A stretch of DNA of 64,000 nt from Candidatus Poribacteria bacterium (GCA_963665845.2 OY762492.1:3136001-3200000), one strand, 5' to 3'. Positions 37,509-48,386 are shown, numbered from the stretch's first letter. The notes: generated by a model from the letters alone, not told the origin. Made by a program: numbers and translations.

Positions 37509-39176
37509 ATGGCGACCGGACGAAGCAGAAAAAACAGCGGCAGGGAACCCCAGAGCGCCGACCTCCGAGTCTCCTCGGCTCTGGATCTGCTTTACGCGCT
37601 GATTGAGTCGACCGACGAGAGCGACCCGCGCCGGCAGCTGCTGTACCGCCTGCGCAGGCAACTTGAACAGGACGAGAGCAGTCGACTGGAGCTGGAGCGC
37701 GCCCGCGCCGCCCTTGAGGAGGCGGTCGAAACGCTGCGCGCCCCGGCAAACCGCGTCGGCGTCTATATCGAATCGCCCAAACCTGGCACGGCGCATGTGA
37801 TGGTCGGCGGCGCAAGCTACTACTCCAACATCGATCCCGAACTGGACGCCGACTCGCTCAAAGCAGGGACGCAGGCGCTGCTGAACGAAGCGTATGCGGT
37901 GGTCGGCGACCTCGGCTACCCGACGACAGGGCGCATCGAAACGATCGCCGAGGCGATGGAGGATGGGCGCATCCGCATCGGGTCGAAGCCGGAGCCGTCC
38001 AATCTCCTTCTCCGAGCCGCATGCGTCGAAGAGGCGGAGGTGGACACAGGCGACGAGGCGCGGCTTGACCCAAGCGGGCGGTTCGTCGTGGAGGTGTTCC
38101 CCAAACGCGAAACGCAAAACTATTATCTGGACGAGACGCCGGACGTCCCCTGGGAAAAGATCGGCGGACAGGACGACGCGATTCAGTCGATACGGGACGC
38201 CATCGAAATGCCGCTGCTGCATCCAGAGCTGTTTGAAAACTTTCAATATCAGCCGCCGAAGGGGTTTCTGCTTTACGGACCGCCGGGCTGCGGCAAGACG
38301 CTCATCGGAAAAGCGACGGCGCACAACCTTGCCGCCAAACTGAGCGTCGACAGCGGAGAGACGGTTCAGGGGCAGTTCATGCACATCAAGGGACCCGAGA
38401 TCCTGAACATGTGGCTGGGCGAATCGGAGCGGAAAGTGCGGGAGATCTTTGAAACCGCGCGGCAGCGGCGAAAAGAGGGTTTCTTGCCGTTCGTGTTTAT
38501 CGACGAGGCGGAGGCGGTGCTGGGAACGCGCCGCGCCCTCCGCTCCCATAACATTTCCAATACGGTGGTGCCGATGTTCTGCGCCGAAATGGACGGCATC
38601 CACTCGATTCAAGATGTCGTCATCATTCTGGCGACGAACCGCCCCGACCTGATCGATCCCGCGATTCTGCGTCCTGGACGCATCGACCGCAAGATCAAGG
38701 TGAAGCGGCCGAACAAGGACGGAGCCCGCGAGATTTTTCAGATCTACCTGACGCATGGCATGCCGATTCACCCCGACGAGAACATCGAATCGCTCATCGA
38801 CAAGTCGGTGGAGGAGCTGTGGGCGAAACGGGACGACACGCGCTTTCTGGAGATCGAACTGCGAGACGGACACCGCGAGACGCTGCATCGAGGCGATCTT
38901 GCCAGCGGCGCTGTCATCGCGTCGGTCGTTCAGCGGGCGAAGGAGACGGCGATCAAGCGCTCCATCGCCGAAGGAAAGGAATCGGGCGTGACAGCGGACG
39001 ACCTGTTTGAAGCGATTGCGGCGGAATACCAAGAAAGCGAAATCTTCCCCTCCACAGGCGATGTCGGCGACTGGCTCAAGCTGATCGACCGGGATCCGGA
39101 GCGGGTGGCGGCCGTTTCGCCGGTCTCTTTGAAAAAGAGCCGAGCGCGTCAACAGTGGCTGGAAGGCGCCATTTAA
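37509..39176 (+). CDS. arc: Proteasome-associated AAA ATPase (ARC/Mpa-like)
   Basis: N-terminal coiled coil and OB region, Walker A GPPGCGKT, IKGPEILN, Walker B FIDE, NRPDLIDPAILRPGRID. Confidence 0.92.
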   Translation: MATGRSRKNSGREPQSADLRVSSALDLLYALIESTDESDPRRQLLYRLRRQLEQDESSRLELERARAALEEAVETLRAPANRVGVYIESPKPGTAHVMVGGASYYSNIDPELDADSLKAGTQALLNEAYAVVGDLGYPTTGRIETIAEAMEDGRIRIGSKPEPSNLLLRAACVEEAEVDTGDEARLDPSGRFVVEVFPKRETQNYYLDETPDVPWEKIGGQDDAIQSIRDAIEMPLLHPELFENFQYQPPKGFLLYGPPGCGKTLIGKATAHNLAAKLSVDSGETVQGQFMHIKGPEILNMWLGESERKVREIFETARQRRKEGFLPFVFIDEAEAVLGTRRALRSHNISNTVVPMFCAEMDGIHSIQDVVIILATNRPDLIDPAILRPGRIDRKIKVKRPNKDGAREIFQIYLTHGMPIHPDENIESLIDKSVEELWAKRDDTRFLEIELRDGHRETLHRGDLASGAVIASVVQRAKETAIKRSIAEGKESGVTADDLFEAIAAEYQESEIFPSTGDVGDWLKLIDRDPERVAAVSPVSLKKSRARQQWLEGAI

Positions 39177-39177
39177 A

Positions 39178-40692
39178 ATGAATCGGCTTATGGGCATCGA
39201 AACGGAGTACGGCATCGCGCTTGACCAAGAGAAAGAGTCGGACCCTGTCGCCGAATCCATCGCGCTGATACATTGTTACCGCCCGGACGACCCTGCTCCG
39301 CGCTGGGACTACTCGCGCGAAGATCCGTTTCGGGACGCGCAGGGCGGGCGGGCGGCGGTTCTCCATGAGCATCCCGACGAAAAAAAGGAGCAGAAGCGCG
39401 ACGCGAAGCGCGCCCTCTCCTTTGAGCAGGTGAAAAGCGACCGCATCCTGTTCAACGGCGCCCGACTATACAACGACCACGCGCACCCCGAATACTCCAC
39501 CCCCGAATGCCGCAGCCTGTTCGATCTGGTCGCGCATGACAAGGCGGGGGAGCGCATCCTTCTGCAGTGCGCCCGCCGGCGGACGGAGCAGCTGGGCGTC
39601 CGCTGCCTGTTATATAAAAACAATACCGACTTTCGCGGACATTCCTACGGCTGCCATGACAATTATCTCATGTCGCGGGAGGTTCCGTTTCGGTATGTGC
39701 GGGAGAGCCTGCTGGCGTTCAACGCGACGCGGCAGATTTACGCGGGCGCGGGCAAGATCGGCATTGAGACGGAGCGCGGGTTGAAAACGCCTGGGCATTA
39801 TCAGATTTCGCAGCGCGCCGATTTTTTTCAGGTGAAAGCGAGCGTCGACACGATGCACAAGCGCCCGCTTGTCAACACGCGCGACGAGCCGCATGCCGAT
39901 CCGTCCAAATACCGGCGGCTGCATGGCATCGCCGGGGATGCGAACATGTCGGAATATGCGACAGCGTTGAAGGTTGGAACGACGGCGCTGGTCGTCGACC
40001 TGATTGAGCAGCGGGCGGTTCCGGAAACGCTTCGGCTCACGAATCCGGTGGGGGCGGCGCGGCGCATCTCGCGCAACGCGGAGGGGGATTGGCGCGTCCG
40101 CATGGCGGACGGGAGCCGCTCCAACGCGGTGGAGGTTCAGCGCGCCTACCTGCGCCTCGCCGAGAAACACACGCGCGAAACAGGCGCGGACGCCGAATGG
40201 ACGCTGAACGAATGGACGCGCGTTTTGGACGCCCTGGAGCGCGATCCGATGGAGCTGCGGCGGGAACTGGACTGGGTCGCCAAAAAGTGGGCGTTGACCG
40301 TGTTTGTGGAGGAGGAGGGGCTGGAGTGGGACGATCCTTGGCTGCGCAGCCTTGACCTGGAATACCATAACATCGACATGGACGAGGGCATTTTTTACGA
40401 GCTTCAGGCGGCGGGAGAGATGCGCCGCGCCGCGTCCGACGCGGCGGTGGAGGAGGCGGCGTTCTCGCCTCCGTCTGACACGCGGGCGTATGTCCGCGGG
40501 CGCGCTTTGGAACGTTTTGGCGCGCAGGTTCAGGCGGCGCAGTGGGGGGCGTTGACATTTGAGATAGAGGGGCAAAAGGCGGAGCTGGACCTGACGCCGC
40601 TAGCGGAACATGACGAGGCGGCGCGGCATATTCAGGCGCTGGACGCTTCCGAGACGGCAGGCGATTTTTTGCGGGCGGCGGGTCTGCTTTAA
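39178..40692 (+). CDS. dop: Pup/UBact deamidase-depupylase (Dop; PafA/PafA2 family)
   Basis: GIETEYG, Dop-loop WDYSREDPFRDA, NGARLYNDHAHPEYSTPE, SQRADFF, NTRDEPHAD, DLEYH. Confidence 0.88.
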   Translation: MNRLMGIETEYGIALDQEKESDPVAESIALIHCYRPDDPAPRWDYSREDPFRDAQGGRAAVLHEHPDEKKEQKRDAKRALSFEQVKSDRILFNGARLYNDHAHPEYSTPECRSLFDLVAHDKAGERILLQCARRRTEQLGVRCLLYKNNTDFRGHSYGCHDNYLMSREVPFRYVRESLLAFNATRQIYAGAGKIGIETERGLKTPGHYQISQRADFFQVKASVDTMHKRPLVNTRDEPHADPSKYRRLHGIAGDANMSEYATALKVGTTALVVDLIEQRAVPETLRLTNPVGAARRISRNAEGDWRVRMADGSRSNAVEVQRAYLRLAEKHTRETGADAEWTLNEWTRVLDALERDPMELRRELDWVAKKWALTVFVEEEGLEWDDPWLRSLDLEYHNIDMDEGIFYELQAAGEMRRAASDAAVEEAAFSPPSDTRAYVRGRALERFGAQVQAAQWGALTFEIEGQKAELDLTPLAEHDEAARHIQALDASETAGDFLRAAGLL

Positions 40693-40746
40693 AATTTAGC
40701 GCTCTTCCATCGTCAATGTATCGAAAGCGCGAACGGAGGCATTGCT

Positions 40747-42741
40747 GTGAAGAGGAGCGTTTTCTTTCTCGCCGCGTTTATTGCCGCGGCTCTCATGTGC
40801 GTGAACAGTCAGGCGCAGGAGCCTCGTTTAACGGTTGAAGAAGGGATCGCCTTTGCCGGACATTCGCGCCGTATGCGCATGTTGACGTATTCGCCGGACG
40901 GCAAACTGATCGCCAGCGGCGGCGACCCTATTGAGCGCGCCGTTCATATCTGGGATGTGGACAAAGGCGTATGCGTTCGAACATTGAGGCTGGACGCCGC
41001 GCCGAAACCAGCCTTTTCGGGCGTCAACGCCCTTGCCTTTTCGCCGGACAGCAAGACGCTCGCCGTCGGGACGCTGAGCAATCTCTGGATATGGGATGTC
41101 CGTACAGGGCGTCTCATTCGAGAGCTGAAAGGGCATACAAAAGGCGTCTCCGCGGCGTTCTTTTCGCCGGACGGCAAGACGCTCGTTTCATGCGGCGGAT
41201 TGACCGGCGAGGCGCGCTTTTGGAACGTTGAAACCGGCGCGCTCCTGCGCACAATAGACATCTATAAAGAGCGCGTTTGGTCAGCCGCCATGTCGCCGGA
41301 CGGCAAGACGCTCATCACCGGAGGCGGAGACGGCGAGGAGATGCTGCGTTGGGACGCGCAAACAGGAGCCGCCCTAGGCGCTCTGGAGCATAGAGGCGCG
41401 GTCGAATCGATCGACATTTCGCCGGACGGTCAAACGTTCGTTGCCGTCGGTTATGGAATAAACGATCGGATATGGGGCATGGACGGGCAGCCTCAAGCGG
41501 CGCTGGAGCGGGGCAGTAACGGGGCGGAGGTCGCCGTCTTTTCGCCGGACGGGACGATCATCGCCGGCTCCGACGGAGAATACGCTGTCATGTTCTGGGA
41601 CGCGCAAACAGGCGCCCTTCTTCATACGTTCGAGGCGGAAAACACGGCGGTGTCCAGCGTCGCGTTTTCGCCGGACGGCAAAACGCTCGCATGCGGAATC
41701 GGATGGGCGGTTCAGCTGCTGCATCTGAATCCTCCGCCAAAGAAGCCAAAGAAGCCGACCCCACAGACGCCGGCTCCGTCCGCCCCGCTTCCATTGCGCA
41801 TTCAAAAAGGAGTTGTCTTGGAAGGACATGAAACAGCGGCGGCCGCCGCATATTCGCTTGATGGCAAACGGCTGATCAGCGTCCACCGCGACAACACGCT
41901 TCGGCATTGGAATCTTGAAGCCGAAGAAAGGGGAGATTCAACGGAACGCGCGCCCCTCATCGCGTTGACAGGGCATGATTTCAGCGGCGGAACGGAAAAG
42001 ATCCCAGGAGTCGCTTCCATCGAGTTTTCCCCGGACGGCAAGACGTTCGCCAGCGGCGGCAACTTTATAGACGCGACGCTGCGCATCTGGGACGCGCAAA
42101 CAGGCGCGCCTCTCCAAACGCTAGCAAAAGAGGGCATCTCTTTCTATGCACTCGCCTATTCGCCGGACAGCCGGCGGATTGTCAGCGCCGGCTTCTCGGT
42201 ACAGCTTTGGGACCTTGAAACGGGAGAGCTGGTCAAAGCGCTCGGCGGCGGACAAGACTTCTTCCTTACAGCTGTTGCCTATTCGCCGGACGGCAAGAGA
42301 ATCGCCAGCGACAGCGGCAAAGCCGTCTGGCTCTGGGACGCTGAACGCGGAGGATGCGTTCGGTTCAAACCGCTGCGGGGGCATACGCGCGGGGTGGCAT
42401 GCCTCGCCTTTTCGCCGGACAGCAAGCGGCTTGTCAGCGGAAGCTACGACGGAACGCTTCGGATATGGAGCGCCGAAGACGGGGCGCCTCTCCAAACGCT
42501 GACTGGACATACAGGGTCGGTTACATCGGTTGTCTACTCCCCGGACGGAACGCTCATCGCCAGCCTCGGTTGGAGTCGAGGCGGTCCGGAACGGCCTATA
42601 CGACTCTGGGATGCGCAAACAGGGCGGCTGGTCGGAATGATACAAGGCGTCTATTACGGACCGCTCGCCTTTTCGCCGGACGGACGCGCGCTCGCATGCA
42701 TTGAGCGGACGAATATCCATACGTGGAGATTGGAGCGGTAG
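40747..42741 (+). CDS. Secreted WD40 repeat protein (two propellers joined by a Pro/Lys linker)
   Basis: Signal peptide ending SQA, many FSPDG...WD repeats, linker PPPKKPKKPTPQTPAP. Confidence 0.92.
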   Translation: MKRSVFFLAAFIAAALMCVNSQAQEPRLTVEEGIAFAGHSRRMRMLTYSPDGKLIASGGDPIERAVHIWDVDKGVCVRTLRLDAAPKPAFSGVNALAFSPDSKTLAVGTLSNLWIWDVRTGRLIRELKGHTKGVSAAFFSPDGKTLVSCGGLTGEARFWNVETGALLRTIDIYKERVWSAAMSPDGKTLITGGGDGEEMLRWDAQTGAALGALEHRGAVESIDISPDGQTFVAVGYGINDRIWGMDGQPQAALERGSNGAEVAVFSPDGTIIAGSDGEYAVMFWDAQTGALLHTFEAENTAVSSVAFSPDGKTLACGIGWAVQLLHLNPPPKKPKKPTPQTPAPSAPLPLRIQKGVVLEGHETAAAAAYSLDGKRLISVHRDNTLRHWNLEAEERGDSTERAPLIALTGHDFSGGTEKIPGVASIEFSPDGKTFASGGNFIDATLRIWDAQTGAPLQTLAKEGISFYALAYSPDSRRIVSAGFSVQLWDLETGELVKALGGGQDFFLTAVAYSPDGKRIASDSGKAVWLWDAERGGCVRFKPLRGHTRGVACLAFSPDSKRLVSGSYDGTLRIWSAEDGAPLQTLTGHTGSVTSVVYSPDGTLIASLGWSRGGPERPIRLWDAQTGRLVGMIQGVYYGPLAFSPDGRALACIERTNIHTWRLER

Positions 42742-42758
42742 ATTCTGCAAGCCGCTTC

Positions 42759-44618
42759 TTAGAGGTCGGAAATGTCCCAAAGGAGGATGGTACCGTCGCT
42801 GCTTACGCTGACGATCGTTTTTCCGTCCGGGGAGTACTCCGCCGAATAGACCGTATCCGTATGCCCTTTGAGCGTTTTGATTGTTTTGCCCGTCTCGGCG
42901 TCCCAGATGCGTATCGTTTTATCCCCGCTCGCGCTGGCGATCGTCTTTCCGTCCGGGGAATACTCCGCCGAAAGGACCCCATCGGTGTGTCCTTCGAGCG
43001 TTTTGATCGTCTTACCCGTTTCGATGTTCCAGATGCGTATCGTTTCATCCCAGCCCGAGCTGACGAGCTTCTTTCTATCCTGCGAATATGCCGCCGAATA
43101 GATCTGAACGATATGCCCTTTGAACGTTTGGATCGTCTTGCCCGTCTCGGTATTCCAGATGCGTATGATATTGTTGCGGTCCGAGCTGACGATCGTTTTT
43201 TCGTCCGGGGAATATGTCGTCGGGTAACCCCTTCCGATGAGTCCTTTGATCCTTCTGATCTCTTTGCCTGTTTCGGCGTCCCAAATGTAGATCGTGTTGG
43301 ATGCGCACCCGACGATTCTCTTTCCGTCCGGCAAAAACGCCGGTCTTCCCATATTCCCTGGGATATACCTAAATGTTTGGAGAAGCGCGCCCGTTTCGGC
43401 GTTCACTATCCGCATCTTTTGGGCGCCTAGGAGGGCGATCGTTTTTCCGTCCGGAGAATATACCGCCTCACTCGCATACCATCCAGCGTTTTCTTCGAAC
43501 CTGTTGGAAAACGCGCCGGTCTCGATGTCCAATATCTTGATCGGTCCGCGAAACCCAACAGCGAGCCGTTTGCCGTCCGGCGACAACGCAGCGCATCTGA
43601 CTATGTAAAAATGTCCGTAAAACGTACGGACAAGAGCGCGAAGCTTGATGTTCCATATGTGAATATTCTTGCTGTGGAATAGACTGCCTGCAATGAAATG
43701 ACCGTCCGGCGAAAACGCGATCGAAGAAGCGCCTTTTTTCTTGTCGATCGGATAAAGAGGCGAGCCGTAAGCGACATTCCACAGCGTCAGTTTGAAAGAG
43801 TCTCCGCCGGCGAGATGGTTCCCGTCCAGCGAAAATGCGGCGGCGCGCTGGCCCTGAATGTCCCATGGCAGCGTTCGTATGAATTCTCCTGTCTTCGAGT
43901 TCCAAATCCGAACCTTAGCGCCCATGCTGGCGAGGATCGTTCCGTCCGGCGAATATTCCGCCCAAACGACATCGTCTGTATGCCCTTTGAGCGTGTTAAT
44001 CAGTTCGCCCGTCTCGGCGTCCCAGATGCGAACCGTCTTGTCTCTGCCTGCGCTGACGATTCGTTTGCCGTCCGGCGAATACGCCGCCGAGTTGACCCAA
44101 TGTGTATGCCCATTGAGCGTCTTGAGCGGCGCGCCTGTCTCGGCGTCCCAGATGCGAACTGTCTGGTCTCTGCCTGCGCTGACGATTCGTTTGCCATCCG
44201 GAGAATACAAGGCTGATCTGACGATTTGTTGATGCCCTTTGAGCGTTTTGAGAAGCGCGCCTGTCTCGGCGTCCCAGATGCGGATGATGTTGCTGTAGCT
44301 GGCGCTGACGATCGTTTTCCCATCTGGCGAATACGCCGCGGAGTTGACCCAGCCCTCATGCGCGCCAAGGAGGGCGATCTCGCCGCCGTAGAGCGCGTCG
44401 TAGATCCATATGCCAATGCTGCTGGCGGCGGCAAGACGCCGACCGTCCGGCGAGTAGTCGACCGAATGGACAGACCCCCTGCCGATGCGCAGCTTGGCGC
44501 CGTCCGGAAGCCCAAGCTGCGAGATGAGCGGCGAGGGAGAGGCATAAAAAACGCAGCATAGAAAAAGGCAGGCGCATAGCCAATAAAAGCGGCAATTGTA
44601 TCTGCGGGGGAGGTTCAT
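42759..44618 (-). CDS. Secreted WD40 repeat protein, array member 6
   Basis: Cys-rich signal peptide, LGLPDGAKLRIGRG, ~13-14 GH...SPDG...WD repeats, ends LLWDISDL. Confidence 0.93.
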   Translation of the reverse strand: MNLPRRYNCRFYWLCACLFLCCVFYASPSPLISQLGLPDGAKLRIGRGSVHSVDYSPDGRRLAAASSIGIWIYDALYGGEIALLGAHEGWVNSAAYSPDGKTIVSASYSNIIRIWDAETGALLKTLKGHQQIVRSALYSPDGKRIVSAGRDQTVRIWDAETGAPLKTLNGHTHWVNSAAYSPDGKRIVSAGRDKTVRIWDAETGELINTLKGHTDDVVWAEYSPDGTILASMGAKVRIWNSKTGEFIRTLPWDIQGQRAAAFSLDGNHLAGGDSFKLTLWNVAYGSPLYPIDKKKGASSIAFSPDGHFIAGSLFHSKNIHIWNIKLRALVRTFYGHFYIVRCAALSPDGKRLAVGFRGPIKILDIETGAFSNRFEENAGWYASEAVYSPDGKTIALLGAQKMRIVNAETGALLQTFRYIPGNMGRPAFLPDGKRIVGCASNTIYIWDAETGKEIRRIKGLIGRGYPTTYSPDEKTIVSSDRNNIIRIWNTETGKTIQTFKGHIVQIYSAAYSQDRKKLVSSGWDETIRIWNIETGKTIKTLEGHTDGVLSAEYSPDGKTIASASGDKTIRIWDAETGKTIKTLKGHTDTVYSAEYSPDGKTIVSVSSDGTILLWDISDL

Positions 44619-44628
44619 AAGCCGCTTC

Positions 44629-46497
44629 CTAGAAGTTGGAGATGTCCCAAAGGAGAATGGTTTGGTCGAAGCTCAAGCTTGCGAGCGTTTTGCCGTCCGG
44701 CGAATATCCGATCCATACAATTCCGCTTGTATGCCCTTCTAGCGTTTTGAGAAGCCCGCCGGTCTCGATGTCCCATATCCGTATGACGCCGTCAACGCCG
44801 CCGCCGGCGAGCGTTTTTCCGTCCGGGGAATATCCCATCCCAAGCGCCTCACCCCTACGCCCTTTGAGCGTTTTGAGAAGCGCGCCCGTCTCGGCGTCCC
44901 AGATTCGTATGGCGCCGTATTCGTCGCTGCTGGCGAGCGTTTTTCCATCAGGAGAAAATCCCGTCCAAAACGCCGCGCCCTGATGCCCTTCTAGCGTTTT
45001 GAGAAGCGCGCCCGTCTCGGCGTCCCAGATCCGAACCGTTTTGTCCATGCTTGCGCTGGCGACCCTCTTTCCGTCCGGCGAATACGCCGTCGAATTGACC
45101 CATCTTGTGTGTCCTTCTAGCGTTTTGAGAAGCGCGTCGGTCTCAGCGTCCCAGATATGAACCGTACCATTTCCGCCTCCGAGGACGATTCTCTTGCCAT
45201 CCGGCGAATAGTCCGCCGTCCAGACCTTATCTGGCAGATCCATAAATGTTTTGAGAAGCGCCCCTGTCTCGGCGTCCAGTAGTTGTATCCTTCTACTAAC
45301 TCTATTGAGGAGAAAGATCGCTTCTCCGTCCGGAGCATATGCCGCTTCATTCAGAACCCCGCGAATGTTATCTTTGAACCAGTAGGCAAACGATCCGGTC
45401 TCGATGTCCAATATCTTGATCTCTCCATTGAGCTCAAATGCGAGCCGCTTGCTGTCCGGCGACAATGCGGCGTACTCGGAGATGCCGATATGTCCGTCAA
45501 ACGTACGGACAAGAGTGCGAAGCTTGATGTTCCAAATGCGGATGTCCGAGTCCGTTCCTCCTGCAATGAAATGACCGTCCGGCGAAAACGCGATCGAAGA
45601 AACGCCTTCGCCGCTATGAATCGGCTGAAGAGGCGAGCCGTAAGCGGCGCTCCACAGAGTCAGTGCGTAGACGTCTCCGCCGACAATATGTTTCCCGTCC
45701 AGCGTAAACGCGGCGGTAAGAACGTTGGCGCCGCGCTTCGATAGCGTTCGTACGGGTTCTCCTGTCTGCGCGTTCCAAATTCGAATCGTATTGTCCTCGC
45801 TTGCGCTGGCGATGATCGTTCCGTCCGGGGAATACGCCGCCCATGTGGCCTTGTCTGTATGCCCTTTCAGCGTTTTGAGAGGTTCGCCCGTCTCGGCGTT
45901 CCAGACGCGCGCTGTCTCGTCCCAGCTTGCGGTGACGATTCGCTTTCCGTCGGGTGAAAACGCGGCAGACGCGACCGTATCCGTATGTCCTTCGAGCGTT
46001 TTGAGTAGCGCGCCTGTCTCGGCGTTCCAAATGCGCGCTGTCTTGTCCCAGCTGGCGCTGGCGATCGTTTTGCCGTCCGGAGAATACGCCGCTGAAATGA
46101 CGATGTGTTGATGCCCTTTGAGCGTTTTGATAGGTTCGCCTGTCTCGGCGTCCCAGATGCGGATCATTCCGTCGCGGCCGGCGCTGACGATTTGCTTGCC
46201 GTCCGGCGAATACGCCGCGGAGTTGACCCAGCCCTCATGCGCGCCAAGGAGGGCGATTTCGCCGCCGTAGAGCGCATCGTAGATCCATATGCCGACGCTG
46301 CCGGCGGCGGCAAGACGCCGACCGTCCGGCGAGTAGTCGACCGAATGGACAGACCCCCTGCCGATGCGCAGCTTGGCGCTGTCCGGAAGCCCAAGCTGGG
46401 AGATGAGCGGCGAGGGCGAAGCATGAATGACGCAGCACAGAAAAAGGCTGAAGCATAGAAAATGGAACCGCCGTTTTACAAAGGCGGGGTTGTTCAT
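44629..46497 (-). CDS. Secreted WD40 repeat protein, array member 5
   Basis: Start MNNPAF at 46497 after GGAGG; same architecture. Confidence 0.93.
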   Translation of the reverse strand: MNNPAFVKRRFHFLCFSLFLCCVIHASPSPLISQLGLPDSAKLRIGRGSVHSVDYSPDGRRLAAAGSVGIWIYDALYGGEIALLGAHEGWVNSAAYSPDGKQIVSAGRDGMIRIWDAETGEPIKTLKGHQHIVISAAYSPDGKTIASASWDKTARIWNAETGALLKTLEGHTDTVASAAFSPDGKRIVTASWDETARVWNAETGEPLKTLKGHTDKATWAAYSPDGTIIASASEDNTIRIWNAQTGEPVRTLSKRGANVLTAAFTLDGKHIVGGDVYALTLWSAAYGSPLQPIHSGEGVSSIAFSPDGHFIAGGTDSDIRIWNIKLRTLVRTFDGHIGISEYAALSPDSKRLAFELNGEIKILDIETGSFAYWFKDNIRGVLNEAAYAPDGEAIFLLNRVSRRIQLLDAETGALLKTFMDLPDKVWTADYSPDGKRIVLGGGNGTVHIWDAETDALLKTLEGHTRWVNSTAYSPDGKRVASASMDKTVRIWDAETGALLKTLEGHQGAAFWTGFSPDGKTLASSDEYGAIRIWDAETGALLKTLKGRRGEALGMGYSPDGKTLAGGGVDGVIRIWDIETGGLLKTLEGHTSGIVWIGYSPDGKTLASLSFDQTILLWDISNF

Positions 46498-46507
46498 TAG
46501 CCGCCTC

Positions 46508-48376
46508 CTAGAAGTTGGAGATGTCCCACAAGAGGATGGTACCATCGCTGCTGGCGCTGGCGAGCGTATTTCCGTCCGCGGAATACCCTGCCCATTTGAC
46601 CGAAGCCGTATGTCCTTTGAGCGTTTTGAGAGGTTCGCCCGTTTTGGCGTTCCAGATGCGGATCGTTTTGTCGCTGCCTGCGCTGGCGATCGTCTTGCCG
46701 TCCGGCGAATACGCCGCATAGTTGACCCTCTCCGTATGCCCTTTGAGCGTTTTGAGAGGTTCGCCCGTTTTAGCGTTCCAGATGCGGATCGTTTTGTCGC
46801 CGCTTGCGCTGGCGATCGTTGTTCCGTCCGGCGAATACGCTATCGAAATGACTCCCTCCGTATGCCCTTTGAGCGCTTTGATCGTCTTGCCCGTTTTGGC
46901 GTTCCAGATGCGGATCGTTTTATCTCCGCCCGCGCTGGCGATCGTCTTGCCGTCCGGGGAATACGCTATCGAAAAGACTTCCTCTGTATGTCCTTTAAGC
47001 GTTTTGATCCTCTTGCCGGTTTCGGCGTTCCAGATCCAAATCGTATTGTCTACGATCCCTGCGATTCTTTTTCCGTCCGGCGAATACGACGGTCTCCAGA
47101 TACCATCGGGCAGACGAGTAAATGTTTTGAGACGCGCGCCCGTTTCGGCGTCCAGTATCTGTATATCGCTTCGGCTGCCCATGAGCGCGGCGAACTTCTT
47201 TCCGTCCGGGGAATATGCCGCCAGATGCGCATATCCGCCGATATTTTCTTTGAATCTGCTGGAAAATGCGCCGGTCTCGATGTCCAATACCTTGATCCGT
47301 CCATTAAGCCCAATTGTGGATGCGAGCCGCTTTCCGTCCGGCGAAAATGCGGGGCGGCCAAATTCTGCGCTATGTCCGTCAAACGTACGGACAAGCGCGC
47401 GAAGCTTGATGTTCCAAATGCGAATATTCGCGCCGTATCGACCGCCTGCAATGAAATGTCCGTCCGGCGAAAACGCGATCGAAGTGGGGCCGCTGTTCCC
47501 GTCGAATGGCCGAAGAGGCGAACCGTAAGCGGCGTTCCACAGCATCAGGTCGAAATCATTCCCGCCGGCAATATGCTTCCCGTCCGGGGAAAACGCCGCG
47601 TTATAGCCGCCATGGCGGCCCTTCGATAGCGTTCGTATGTGTTCCCCTGTCTGCGCGTCCCAAATCTGAATCGGATCGTATATGCTTCTGCCAGAGCTGG
47701 CGATGATCGTTCCATCCGGGGAATACTCCGCCGACTTCACCCAATCGTTATGCCCTTTGAGCGTCTTGATCAGTTCGCCCGTCTCGGCATTCCAGATGCG
47801 AACCGTCCTGTCGTTGCCGGCGCTGACGATTCGTTTGCCGTCCGGGGAATACTCCGCCGACCTGACCCAATCCGTATGTCCTTCGAGCGTTTTGAGAAGC
47901 GCGCCTGTCTCGGCGTTCCAGACGCGCGCTGTCTTGTCCCAGCTTGCGCTGACGATTCGTTTGCCGTTCGGAGAATACGCCGCTGAAGCGACCGGCCGTG
48001 TATGCCCTTTGAGCGTTTTGAGAAGGGCGCCCGTCTCGGCGTTCCAAATGCGAATTGTCTTATAGGGGTTGGCGCTGACGATCGTTTTCCCGTCTGGCGA
48101 ATACGCGGCTGAATTGACCCAGCCCTCATGCGCGCCAAGGAGGGCGATTTCGCCGCCGTAGAGCGCGTCGTATATCCATATGCCAATGCTGCTGGCGGCC
48201 GCAATCCGGCGGCCGTCCGGCGAGTAGTCGACCGAATGGACCGAACCTCTGCCGATGCGCAGCTTGACCCCGTCCGGAAGCCCAAGCTGGGAGATGAGCG
48301 GCGAGGGCGCCGCTTGAATGACGCAGCACAGAAAGAGGCAGGCGCATAGAAAATATACAGAGGCGAGGTTGTTCAT
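46508..48376 (-). CDS. Secreted WD40 repeat protein, array member 4
   Basis: Start MNNLAS at 48376; same architecture. Confidence 0.93.
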   Translation of the reverse strand: MNNLASVYFLCACLFLCCVIQAAPSPLISQLGLPDGVKLRIGRGSVHSVDYSPDGRRIAAASSIGIWIYDALYGGEIALLGAHEGWVNSAAYSPDGKTIVSANPYKTIRIWNAETGALLKTLKGHTRPVASAAYSPNGKRIVSASWDKTARVWNAETGALLKTLEGHTDWVRSAEYSPDGKRIVSAGNDRTVRIWNAETGELIKTLKGHNDWVKSAEYSPDGTIIASSGRSIYDPIQIWDAQTGEHIRTLSKGRHGGYNAAFSPDGKHIAGGNDFDLMLWNAAYGSPLRPFDGNSGPTSIAFSPDGHFIAGGRYGANIRIWNIKLRALVRTFDGHSAEFGRPAFSPDGKRLASTIGLNGRIKVLDIETGAFSSRFKENIGGYAHLAAYSPDGKKFAALMGSRSDIQILDAETGARLKTFTRLPDGIWRPSYSPDGKRIAGIVDNTIWIWNAETGKRIKTLKGHTEEVFSIAYSPDGKTIASAGGDKTIRIWNAKTGKTIKALKGHTEGVISIAYSPDGTTIASASGDKTIRIWNAKTGEPLKTLKGHTERVNYAAYSPDGKTIASAGSDKTIRIWNAKTGEPLKTLKGHTASVKWAGYSADGNTLASASSDGTILLWDISNF

Positions 48377-48386
48377 AAGCCGCTTC

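Noticed and set aside
36900-39260. 786-aa minus-strand ORF (also 6975-8228, 46427-47629, 56843-58156)
   Set aside because: Antisense shadows of well-supported genes in GC-rich DNA; no recognisable motifs.
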